Assembly: GCA_002189035.1 (NCBI GenBank)
Contig: NEEC01000012.1
Span: forward strand, 992,001 to 1,056,000
Origin: Utricularia gibba
Taxonomy: Eukaryota > Plantae > Magnoliophyta
Reading direction: 5' to 3'
DNA length: 64,000 nucleotides
Part shown: in pieces, positions 24,008 to 35,616 of the stretch
Numbering within the stretch: position 1 is the stretch's first letter
How the letters are laid out: the number at the start of each line of letters is the position of its first letter
Notes under the pieces: generated by a model
The model's input: the letters and a program-made list of their open reading frames with translations, nothing else
The model's database searches: none
Told to the model about the DNA's origin: nothing
Translations under genes and position numbers: made by a program

Positions 24008-26953
24008 GCTGACTGGTTTCTCCATTACGGTGTGCCGCCTATATTCCATTATCAGCCGAAAAACACCGACAACTACATGTTCCAAGATCAATAAAGTCTA
24101 CTGACATGTGTCCCCATGTTTTGGACTCACATGCCTCAATCACATGACCGAATTGTTCAAATTGAAAGAATTTTGAAAACCATTCTTCCATCCCTCTCCA
24201 GAACCTCATCTTCTTTCAAGCTCATTCTTAAATATCTCTCTATTTGGATGGCTTTCAGATCACTCTCATACAAGGTCTTCTTTGGAGGTCAAATCTATAA
24301 TTACGGGAATTACATAAGTTATAGTGTGGCACCAATCTAGTTTTTTAGTCAGATGCCGATATTTCATTGGAAGAATTAAAAGCAAGGTTATATGAGATTG
24401 TTCAATTGTCTTCTTCGAGGTTCAATCTTAGATTATCAGCCCAGTTTTTTCATGTTGTGACTAGAGAAACGAGGTATTTGAATTTAAAGACACAGAGCAA
24501 CCATGATTATCTTCATGAACCTAACCATGTTATTACTTTGCTGGATTTATTTGTGGAATACGACCCATTTTCTTAAGAAGAACCTCACTCACAATTTGGA
24601 GAAAACGGTAATGACTATTTCTTTCTTGTAAATTTAGAAATTGTATATATTTTTTTTAATTTTATGGTATTCTATTTTTCTGTAGATGAATATATGGATT
24701 ATGATTTCGATCCAGTCCAAAATATTGATGGCGATTCATTTATGCAATTCATTAATGAAAATGAGGTTCCCGATATTGATCATACTCCTCAAAACTCAGA
24801 AGGCGAAAAGAATGTGCTTGAAGGAAATGCAAGTTGTGATTCGGAATGGTTTCCTAACTCAGGTTTACATGATATAGAGGAAGAATCAAGTAATCATGGA
24901 GTATATACACATCAATATGAACCGAGATTCAAGGAAGGTGATCTATTTGAAGATAAAGAAGATTTTTGAAGACAAGTTAGAGAATTTTCCATTGAAATTG
25001 AAAAGGAGTTCATTGTTGGTGATACTGAGCCTAGAGTCTTAGAGATGTATTGCAAACAACGTGATACTCAAAATTGTCACTAGAGGATTCGCGCATTGTA
25101 AACGATTGGGAAAATGGAAGATCTCAAAGCTTATTGAGCCTCACACATGCAAGTGACAAGGGGCGGGATTCTTTTATCACAGAAACATCAATCATGATTA
25201 TATCTCTGAGATTGCTAAGCAATATATTGAAGCAGACATTGGGACCAAAGTGTCAACTATTATTGCAGCTGTATTGGATAGAACTGGTTATGAAGTACCA
25301 TATAAACGTGCATGGTATGGAATGGGAAAGGCCTTTGAGAAGGTGTATGACACATGGGAGGAATCAATGAAGAAACTTCCAGCTTTCTTAAATGAAGTTG
25401 CCTTACAAAATCCAGGCACCGTAATCCAATGGAGGAATAAGGAAGATGGAGTCACATGGCACTATTACTTTTAGGCATTTGGACCATGTATACATGCCTA
25501 CCAGCACACCCGTCCGGTTATTTCAGTTGATGCAATGCACTTGTATGCAACATACAGGCACAAAATGCTCATTGCAGTGACTATCTCTCAATGTGGAAAG
25601 ATTTTGCCACTTGTCTTTGCCATAATAGATGAAGAAATTGATGCTTCTTGGCTATGGTTTCTAGAGCTAGTGGAAACTTACATTGCTTTAGGAAAACCCA
25701 CGTGCTTGATTTCTGATAGATGTGACTCTATTCGAAAGGCAACAATAAGAGTTACAGCATTCAGTGAAGAATTCAGAGGATGTCATCGCTATTGCTTTCG
25801 TCATTTTCGAGCAAATTTCTTTGACAGATTTAAATCTGAGACGTTCACTGGGTACGTGGAGAAATTCTATGATTATATAGAAGAGCTCAGAATGATAAAT
25901 ATTGCGGCTTGGAACTACTTAATGAATGTTGCTCCTAAAGCTTGGACAATATCTCATGATGGTGGCCGAAGATATGGAACAATAACTACCAATCAAGTTG
26001 AAGGAATGAACGGTGTTTTGAAAGAAGCACGACATCTCCCACTTACGGCTTTGGCTCAGATATGATTAATTTGTGTTTTTTGTTTTAAATTTAATGAAAA
26101 TTTTGAATGCAAGCTACATTTGCTCGATGCAAAAAGTATATTTCAAAAGGTTTGGAGTTGGCATTAGAGGCGCAAAGGAAGAATCAAGTCCTTTCGACAC
26201 AAGCGCAACGACTGTTTGATAATTGGGACAAGCCTAATCCTTATTCAAGAGTAGAGATTTATGATCGTTATAAAATGATTGTTCAAGTAATCACCTGAAA
26301 GAAAGCAAATGGGAAAGATAGCATTTGCGTGGTGCGCATCAAGGAGGGCACATGCACATGCTGCAAATAGCAAAATTATGGAATACCATGCTCACATGCA
26401 CAATAGGTTAGACTATTATTTAATAATGTTCATTTATTCAATATGAAAGTCATGTTTATTTTAGGCGTGCAAAAGACTTGGAGTTGATTCACGACAATAT
26501 GTGGATCCCATACACTTACAACAACATTTTTTGAAAGCATACAAGGTCCAATTCCATCCACTTCGAGCAGAGAGACATTGGCCAGCAACAATGCCTCTCA
26601 TTCATGATCCTACATGTAAAAAGGTGATTAGACATGATGGTACATTTAGTTCACGATATAGGATGAATATGGATAGGGGAAGGAGCATAGGAAGGAGAAG
26701 TGGACATAATGGGAGACCAAGATTTTCACAAGATACAGCTTCACATGCACATAGTCCACCTCAGAGCCATTGGGTATCTATTGATGTACCATATCACCGT
26801 GATTTCGAAGGTGTTTCTCAACAACCACGGTCATCTCTTCAAGAACGACCTCAAGGTATGAACACTAGGTTTGATCTTCCTAGCTCGTCTACTCAACAGC
26901 CTAGGAAGCAGAAGTCACTTATGCATAAATTTTTTGGGTCGTTTATGAAATAA
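24008..26953 (+). pseudogene. MuDRA-type transposase (MuDR DNA-binding, MULE DDE and SWIM domains), with stops
   Basis: FKEGDLFEDKEDF (MuDR domain), FGPCIHAY...VISVDAMHLY...LPLVFAIIDEE..ASWLWFL...LISDR...HRYCFRHFRANF (DDE core), GRRYGTITTNQVEGMNGVLKEARHLP, GTCTCCK*QNYGIPCSH (SWIM). In-frame stops, e.g. 24967-24969. Confidence 0.93.
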
Positions 26954-26989
26954 AGATAAATATTATCAATATGTAAAATACTATTTGCC

Positions 26990-27395
26990 TGGTAACTGTA
27001 ATTGATGAATTACAGTGATTGGCATAATTATGCACTTATCGTTTCTTTTATATTACTTTTGTTTTTGGTAATTGTAATTGATGATTACAGGAATTGTCGA
27101 AAATAAACAATTTTCGTTTTGGTTACATTACTTTCATTTCTGGTAACTATAATTTATGAATTACAGTGATCACCAGAAATAAGTAATTGTCATTTTCTTT
27201 ATATTACTTTCATTTTAGGTAACTGTAATTGAGGAATTACAGTGATTGGCAGAAATATGCAATTATCATTTTCTTTATCTTATTTTTATTTCAGCTAACT
27301 ATAATTTATGATTGCATTGATTGTAAAAAATAGAGAATTATTGTATTACCTATATTACTTTCTGGTAACTGTAATTGATGAATTGTAGTGATTGG
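26990..27395 (-). repeat. Right subterminal array, ~6 copies of the same core in inverted orientation
   Basis: TGGTAACTGTAATTGATGAATTACAGTGATTGG-like cores near 26991, 27066, 27141, 27218, 27292 and 27362. Confidence 0.85.
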
Positions 27396-28399
27396 TTAAC
27401 ATAAATTATCATATGTAAAATTTGTTTTCACTAATTGAAATACAATTAGTATATAGTAAAACATGATTTCTATTATTGTATTATAAAAGAAATCAACACA
27501 TTATAGATATATATGTATTATAATGATTCATATAAGATATATCTTTGTATTTTTTCAAAAAAATCCAATATCTTGTGGAATATTATAAATATAAATATTA
27601 TATTTTTTTTCTATTTTAAAATTGTTGTAGATTTCTAATAACTGTAATAGATTATTACGATGCTTGAAAGTCTCGGATACTGTAATTTATATTGTAGACA
27701 TCAATTTTAATATAAATTAATATATGTAAAATTTGTTTTCATTAATTGAAATATAATTATTATATATAGGAAAACATGATTTCTATTATTATATGTTCAA
27801 AAATAATGATACATATAATATATATGTATTATATTTGTAATTTCAAAAAAACGTAAATATCTTGAGGAATATTAGAAATATAAATATGTGTATTTTTTAT
27901 TTTAAAATTATACAATTATAATTATGAGTAAGTTTTTTGAAAATATTTTATTAATTTGTTAGTTTGAGTGACATAAACAGTTTTTTTAAAAAAATTGACA
28001 TATTTATAACAGAAATTATATTATTTACATGTATATATTTATTACATTTAAATGTGTACGATATCTAAGAAGAAAAGCAATTGAAAAAAGAATAGAAAAA
28101 GTTAGGATAGGTGGTTTTGTCCAAGTGCACACAGTGAGTGTTTTTGGAATTATGTTTTTTGTAGTGGGTGGTTTTGAAAATGACCCCTCACCCGGGTTTG
28201 AAGCTTTCAAGCTAGCCACTTCATTGAATATAGACCCCATTAATGGTGGTTCTTCTCTGTTGTTTTACCATCTCTTTTCTCTTTACAACTTCCTTAGTTC
28301 CTCAACTAGTTGTTTCTATTTTTATTTTATCATTGAAAATTTATAGCATGTTATTAATTATTGTGTATTATTATTGCAAGTTTTTATAGAGGGAAAAAG

Positions 28400-28760
28400 T
28401 GATAAATGGAAAAACAGGTCCACTTCAAGTGCCAATACTCAAAAGAAACATACAACTAAAAGTATACGTGGGATTTACATAGTATGGAAATCTACCTTCG
28501 ACTTGCTATAGAAGAGATTGAAAAAGGAAATTTTTGAAATGCAGCATTCAACAAGGATGGGATAATCTACTAAAAGGATTCAACAAGGATGGGATAATCA
28601 TTCAACTAAATTGGATATGAAGCAACTCAGGAATAGATGGAATACTTTTCGAGAGCATTGGTCATTGTACAAGAGGCTGAGTTATATGACATGTGTAGGA
28701 TGGCATGAGGATAGTTGGACTATTAAGATGGATGAGAAGTGGTGGAAACTTTGAATTGAG
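28400..28760 (+). pseudogene. PIF/Harbinger Myb/SANT-like ORF remnant
   Basis: KQLRNRWNTFREHWSLYKRLSYMTCVGWHEDSWTIKMDEKWW resembles Myb_DNA-bind_3 proteins. Confidence 0.7.
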
Positions 28761-29642
28761 GTTAGCATTTAAGTTTTTTTTGTATATTTGTTAAAAATGT
28801 AATGGTTTATTACATTTATTTGGTACTTTAAAATTCATTATTGATAGTTTTCTAAATATGATGATGTATTATTGAGTATTGTATTATCCTTTCTTCTTTA
28901 TATGACATTATTGATACTTTCTAAATATGAAAATGTATTATAGTAGGAAAGTTCAAAGGCTAAGGATTTTAAGGATACGCCAACACTACTTTCTTCAATG
29001 ATGGAAAAAGTTTTTGATTCTGTGGTTGGATATTCTCCAGAGCACTATGTACCAAATGCTGGTTTAGTTGATGGTGATCCCTCTTCACCCATTTGAGATA
29101 GTATCTATGGTTGCAAGTAGAAAGGAAACATGTTACATTGTAAAGTGTATAAAAGAGTTGAAGGCTACCCCAAATATTGTTTAAGGAAGTAAGTTATGGT
29201 TTCAAGCTTTGGATTTGTTTCACAGACTGAGGAATAGGGAAATTTTCCTTTCAATTGATGGTCATGAGGACTGCTACACTTGAATTGTGCATGCATCTTC
29301 CAGGAACGAAGGTAGCACTTCTACATATTCACCCGATGTTGCTTGCTTAGATCAAAATGATTCAAGAAGTATATTTGATTAGTTTTTCTATTAGATATTA
29401 TTTGTTTATTAGAATGTATGCTAATTTTCAATTAGAACATTGCAAACTTTCCCATTATGTCATTCTTTTGTATTTGAAAGACAACGCTTATGGAAATATA
29501 TCGACTTATGATGGAGATGTTAACCACATAAAACATATATTTTTTGATATCTTAATTCATTTACAATTATATAATACCTATATTTTTTTTATGTCTACAT
29601 TTATTTCTAACCACACATTATATATATTTTTTAATTAATTAA

Positions 29643-29848
29643 TTCATTTATAATTATATAATATCTAGATTTTTTTTAATTTATTCATTCATTTTTAACC
29701 ACATAATATTTAGATTTATTTATTTATATATTCATTTTCAACCACATAATATCTAGATTTTTTAATTTATTTATTCATTTTTAACCACATAATATCTAGA
29801 TTTTTTTATTTGTACATTCATTTTTAATCATATAATATCTAGATTGTT
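29643..29848. repeat. AT-rich tandem repeat, ~44-bp unit, ~5 copies
   Basis: Repeated TTCATTTTTAACCACATAATATCTAGATTTTTTAATTTAT. Confidence 0.8.
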
Positions 29849-29849
29849 T

Positions 29850-30415
29850 ACGCAATGCTAAAAATGAGTTCCCACATTCACCACCAGGTACCTCATTTTA
29901 AATCAAGTATTTCATACCATAATATTTGATACAATCTTACTTGTCTAACTTTGTGATCAAAGGAAAATATTACTTAGTTGATACTGGTTTTTCCAACATA
30001 AATAGTTATATGGTACCATATCGTAGAACGCACTAGCACTTACAAGAATTTCAATGCTCAAGACATGGATATACTTGGCCTGAAGAGTTGTTCAACTATA
30101 TACATTCATCACTACATTCAGTCATTGAAAGATCATTTGGTATGTGAAAAAAACATTTTCACATTATGAATGACATTTCTTGCAACTTGAAGCTATGCCA
30201 TCAAGTGCATTTGGCAAATGCAACTATGGTTATTCATAGATTTCTTCGGCAAGTTAACGTAGAAGATGATGGGCATGATCTGAGTGAATACAATGATCCA
30301 AATCCATTATCTAAAATTGATGAAGATCCAATCGAAGAAAATGAAGACACTACATAAAGAAATTCAATGGAAATCATTCGTGATGCAATTTGTGATCAAC
30401 TTTGGAGAGCTTGAC
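29850..30415 (+). pseudogene. PIF/Harbinger DDE nuclease, 3' part only
   Basis: FPHSPPG, GKYYLVDTGF...MVPYRRTH*HLQEF, ELFNYIHSSLHSVIERSFGM*KKHFHIM, and IRDAICDQLW. Confidence 0.85.
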
Positions 30416-32038
30416 ATGTAATAGTATAAGAATTATTTTGTTTTCAACTTTGTTTGTATTTTAAAATATCTAATCTAAGGATTCAATATTTTGAATGTAA
30501 TAAATTAAAGTTGATGAATATTATAAATAAAAATAAATTTAGTTCAAAAGTAAATAAATTTTCAGAATAGTAGAATCTACTTTTGCATTTATTAAGTTTA
30601 CTTCAACTTTTCAAAAGTATATCTACAAAAGTAAAAGTAAACTATAAAAGTTTTATAGAACATTGTTCTAAATTTTTGCTTATTAGATACGTGATTTGTA
30701 GGTTAGAAGAGGTTATTTTAGTGATAAGTTTGCAGTTCCTAAAAGTTCCAAGGTATCTTTTTGATTAATTTTATATAAAGACTTGCTTTACCCATTTACT
30801 GTTTTTCTACATTTTATCATTGAACTGCCTTAATCTTGGTATAGACTAAATTGCTTATCGTGATAAAAACAAAATGCATTAACATTTATACAATAAGCAC
30901 ATAGCTCCTTATGTTCAATCTGTATCTACCATACTCATATTTTTCGTATGATTGGTTGTGATTTTGAATATAAATTTATTTAATATGTGAATTTTTTTAT
31001 CAGGGAGAATAGGTATAACTCATGGGTAGATCTAAGTATAAAATGCATGATGACATTATGTACTAATTTAGTCGAAAACATGAGAAACAACTTGAGTAGA
31101 TTTAGGCTGTTTAAAGTAGATATATAGACAAATTTTGGGTTAGATTAGGAACTCCAACATCACATACTCTGCACCAACTTGAGGTATTTTAGTATTATTT
31201 TATACTTAGAACCTATATTTGTTATTGTATGCATTTATATTTGATTTTATTTATTCAATTGGCATATTGTTGTTAGTTTGAGCTTAAACTAAACATGACA
31301 TTTATTCTATGATTTTGCATATGAGAAAACACAACAAGCACTTACTCCTTGTTCAACTCCGAAATTCCATGATATATCTCGTGTTTAATTTATATTTTTT
31401 AAAAATTAAGGTTTAAAAATTTATTTAATACAGATATTTGTTTTAATTGCAACAATACTCAAAATTTTCATTTATAAGTGCACTAGGCCGTGCAAGGTTA
31501 GAAGGACTGGCTTTAACATCATTGGTAACAGATCCATATGTTTTTTCACCTAATGTTGTTAACAAAATAGCTTCAATAATTGAATTATTATTAGTTTTGA
31601 GCTACTTGCTAGTAAAATAGGATAACTATTATGCTAATATTTCAGTTTTAAGTATGCAAATTTATTATATACACAATTGATATCTATTCACCAACACATT
31701 TAAATGATTCAGCAAAACTGACTTGGATCAATTTTGTCTAATATTTAACAAACATCGTTTGTGAAAATTGGATGGATATAAGGTCATTTTTGTTATAATC
31801 CATTCCTAATATTTATAAATTAGATATATTTGATCCTTATTGTTTCGTAATTAGTGGCAACCACAGATTGCAAAATTATTATATATATCGTGATATTTTT
31901 ACTGCTTAGAAATTATATGCGGAAAAAATTAAATAATTTAAAATCTTGAAAATCTTAAATCAATAATACTTGATAAAATGCTACGAAACTTTACCCGTCC
32001 GCGTCGTCTTCGTTTTCACTCAGCTGCATGACCAACAA

Positions 32039-33646
32039 ATGGCGGCGGAGGAAGAGAAGAAGCTCCACGCCATCGTCATCGCACCTCCATACCAAGGCCA
32101 CATCAATCCCATGACCAATCTAGCACTCAAGTTCGCTTCCAATGGAATTGTAGTTACCTTTGTCCACTTTCATCATATTCACCACAAACTCTTAGCAAGT
32201 CACGGCGGGGCAGATGCCGATCCTTTCTCCCGCGCACGGGAATCTGGCCTCGATATTCGTTACGAAACGGTAAGTGATGGGTTTTCTTTGGAATTTGACA
32301 GGGAGGAGCATTTCGAGGAGTACATACGAGGGGTTATTGAACGAATCCCATGGATTATGGAGGCGTTGGTGAAGAGGAAGATGGCCGAATTCGATTCGGT
32401 TTCGAATTGGGTCAATTTTTTGGTCTACGATACTGTCCATTTTTGGATTCCAGACATCGCCCAGAAATACAAAATCGTCAACGTTTCGGTGTGGACTGAA
32501 CCAGCGCTCGTGTTTTACTTGATTTGCAATTTAAAGCTTCTTCGAGAAAACCACCATTTTCCTTGCAAAGGTACTTCACTTCTAAGCTTCTTTTGATCCA
32601 CTTTATGCGTCAATTTCATTTGTTTCGTTTTTTCTTCAAACTTTCTGACATTGTTGTTTATGTGAAATGTTTACAAGCAGAGGATGCTGATGAAGAGATA
32701 AGATATATCCCAGGAATCTCTTCGATCAATACGAGGGACTTGATGACATTTTTCAGAGAATCCCAGGCATCAGGAGTCATTGCGTTGCTTCTTTCACAAG
32801 CTTTTGAACAAGTGTACAAGGCTGATTTCATTCTACACAATACGGTGGAAGAGTTAGAATCCCAAGTTCTCTCAAAACTCAATGTGCGTCAGCTAAACTA
32901 CGCCATTGGCCCACTAAATTTCGTTGAGGATTTAGTTTCATCGGAACCAATTAAGAAAAGTCTGTGGCCGGAGTTCAACTGCAGCCTGTGGCTCAGCTCC
33001 AAGCAACCTGGCTCGGTTCTATACGTGTCGTTTGGAAGTTTCGTTCATTTGAGCAATGAGACTATTGATGAGATAGCTCACGGCCTTCTTCTCTCTCAAG
33101 TGAACTTTATTTGGGTTCTTAGGACAGGCATTTCCAAAGATAGGAGTACTCTCAATTTGCCTGTGGGAATGGAGAAGATGAATGACAAAGGGATGGTAAG
33201 TTGAGGATTTGGTTTTTGTCTAATCGTTGACCACAGAGTTGATAAGTCATATTTTTGATGAACAGGTGATCCCATGGTGTAATCAGATCGAGGTTCTTTC
33301 ACATCCTGCAGTGGGAGGATTCATGACACACAACGGATGGAATTCGACGATCGAGAGCATCTGGTTCGGGGTTCCAATGATCTGTTTCCCTTGCATGAGT
33401 GATCAAGTCACTAACAGGAAGCTGGTAGTTGAAGATTGGAGTATCGGGCTGGATCTCTGCGATGGCAAGTTTGTGGATAGAATGGAAGTTGCAGAGAAGA
33501 TCAAGAGGCTGTTTGCCAGCAACGAATTGAAGCAAAAGGCAAAAGATGTGAAAGAGATCGTGCGTGGTGCTTTTCAGGTCGGCGGTACTTCCCACCGGAA
33601 CTTCGACCAGTTTATGGACAAGTTGAAGCACAAATGTTCATCTTGA
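32039..33646 (+). CDS. UGT86A-like: UDP-glycosyltransferase, group K/UGT86-like, copy 1 (exons 32039-32570, 32681-33195, 33266-33646; 475 aa)
   Basis: HAIVIAPPYQGHINP with catalytic His; ARESGLDIRYETVSDGFSLEFDR typical of UGT86; SVLYVSFGS; PSPG box WCNQIEVLSHPAVGGFMTHNGWNSTIESIWFGVPMICFPCMSDQ. GT-AG introns give an open 1428-nt frame. Family call is from motif recall. Confidence 0.93.
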
Positions 33647-33914
33647 ATTTACACATGGGGATTGCTTATTTAATTGAATATCTGATCCTCTATGTTTTAA
33701 TGCTGTTAAATGTATTGGAATACTAGGAAATACACTTTGAATTTGCTTATTGGATTAATAGTATGATCCCCGGCCACAATTTGAATGCTTTTTGTCTTGA
33801 ATGAAATACATCATTTGTTGTGATGTGTGCTCTGCGGTCGGTCTTGAGTAGCTTCTTGGAACCGTACAACTCGACCAGCAATATAAACCACCGACAATAG
33901 CCCAAGATCATCTT

Positions 33915-34750
33915 GTGATGTTAAAATCATCTATAAATCCCTGTTTTAGGTGGGTGATTTTTCAGGTCAAAATGCATTATATTTTGAATTTTAATGTACA
34001 AGATGCATTAAATAAAAATGATATTGAAGCTATTTTGTGTAATGTGTCTATGATTGTTTATGATGTGAGACATTTAGCCCAAAAAAGGTTTAAGTGTTTG
34101 TGTGAGATAAATAATTTATCATTTCAAATGATGAAAAGAGATTTGCTAACTCGATAGAATCCTACCTTATGCTTTAATTTTTTCTTACTTATAAGGAAAT
34201 TGTTTCCTTGTCTTACTTATGCATATCCATCTGAATATTTCGATTGATGATCATATGTATGCCAAGTTTGACATTTTAGTTGAATTACCTTTTGTTTTTG
34301 CAAATATAATCACTTATTTAATTGTGTTTATTATCTTGCCACACATGTTATGTTGGTTGTCTTGGTTGAAATATTTTGATGTTGATGTGGTCTATGATAT
34401 TACAAAATCTATGGTCTAAAAGTTTATGAAATATTCAGAAACTATACCTATATTTTTTCGTGTAGCAAATATGTTTGATCTTAGAATGAAGACATTTAGT
34501 TTGCAAACCTGGATAAACCTATTTTATGATTGCTCTACATTTCTTAGTCTACCTAATATTTGGCCTCATGCAGAAGTCATGTATATTACTGCTTTAGATG
34601 CTTTATCATATATGTAGACTTGTATGAGAGTGAAGCAAATATGCAATTTGGAAGTGAGGAGTCAGCACAAAGGTATCTCATCTTGTATGGAGTATTATTA
34701 TTCTATTATTTAACATCCCTAGCACCATGAGATTGGCTAGTCAGGTGGAC
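33915..34750 (+). pseudogene. Heavily decayed Ac-like hAT transposase fragment
   Basis: HYILNFNVQDAL...DLLTR*NPT (like HILNLIVQDGL...TRWNSTY) and IFFRVANMFDLRMK (like ILDPRxK). Confidence 0.6.
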
Positions 34751-35616
34751 TTGCACAATTAATGTACAATTGTATGATCATTATTCTATTTGTTGTGGAC
34801 TAAAATCGGCATTTGGTCAATCAAATTTTTGGGTATGAATCTGAATTATGTATGTGTTTTAATTATTAAGATTTCATTTTCAGCTAATGTATAAAGCAGT
34901 AAAAGATGCCAAGGATATTTGCATGAAGACCATAAGAACGGAAAAACCACAAAACTGAAGCAAGTCATCGGAGAAATGACTTCACTAAGGTGGCAAAAAT
35001 GAGGGGTTACAAATAATGTGTAGAATGCAGAATACTTTTCTCCTCAAACGCTCCCTCATTTATAAAAAAAGCTCAGCCGACCAATTTCTATGGATGTTAG
35101 TTACTTTCTGCACTCAATGGATATGTCGGTCGCACTTGTGATCTTGCTAACATATAACCATTGTCTACTCATGATTTTTACAAGTCGGCTGTTTTTAAAT
35201 TTCTATTGAAATGAATGACAATTGTTCTTCTTTGGTTCCCACAAGCACGCACTTCTGCTATAGGTTGTCAGAGTGTGTTTCCTACTTCCAAATTGATTTC
35301 ATCCTATAAGAACTGATTTGATACTCTATTCTTTTGCTGATTTATGTTGCCTTCCTGTGACTTTTTCCATGTGGTATCTTTCCATCGCTATTATTAGATG
35401 GTATCTAAAAATAAATTAATGCCAATAGTAATATATAAATAATGTCCAAACAACAAGAGGTATTCAATTATGCAAATATATAATATGTGAATACATAATT
35501 ACCAATAAACCATAGAATTTTGTATAACAAAATTAATAAATATTTATTATTTTGATTTTATAAAAATATGTGAAAATTTTTTAGTTTAATTTTATTAAAA
35601 TATGCGTATGAAACAT

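Larger units (their letters stand above)
20205..28186 (+). mobile_element. Mutator-like element (MULE), ~8 kb, with long TIRs and two internal genes
   Basis: Inverted termini (left CCACCCACTACAAAAAAAC / right GTTTTTTGTAGTGGGTGG; GGG...CCC ends). Approximately 9-bp TSD CCTCACCGG / CCTCACCCG. Internal MuDRA transposase remnant. Confidence 0.92.

Noticed and set aside
31970-32038. N-terminal extension of UGT copy 1 shown in the ORF track (MIKCYETL...)
   Set aside because: It starts at a non-ATG codon (TTG), and both copies share the ATG at 32039/62023 that matches UGT N-termini.
33096-33631. Antisense ORFs over the UGT genes (also 63073-63608)
   Set aside because: No recognisable motifs; they are shadows of the sense coding frame, shared only because of the duplication.
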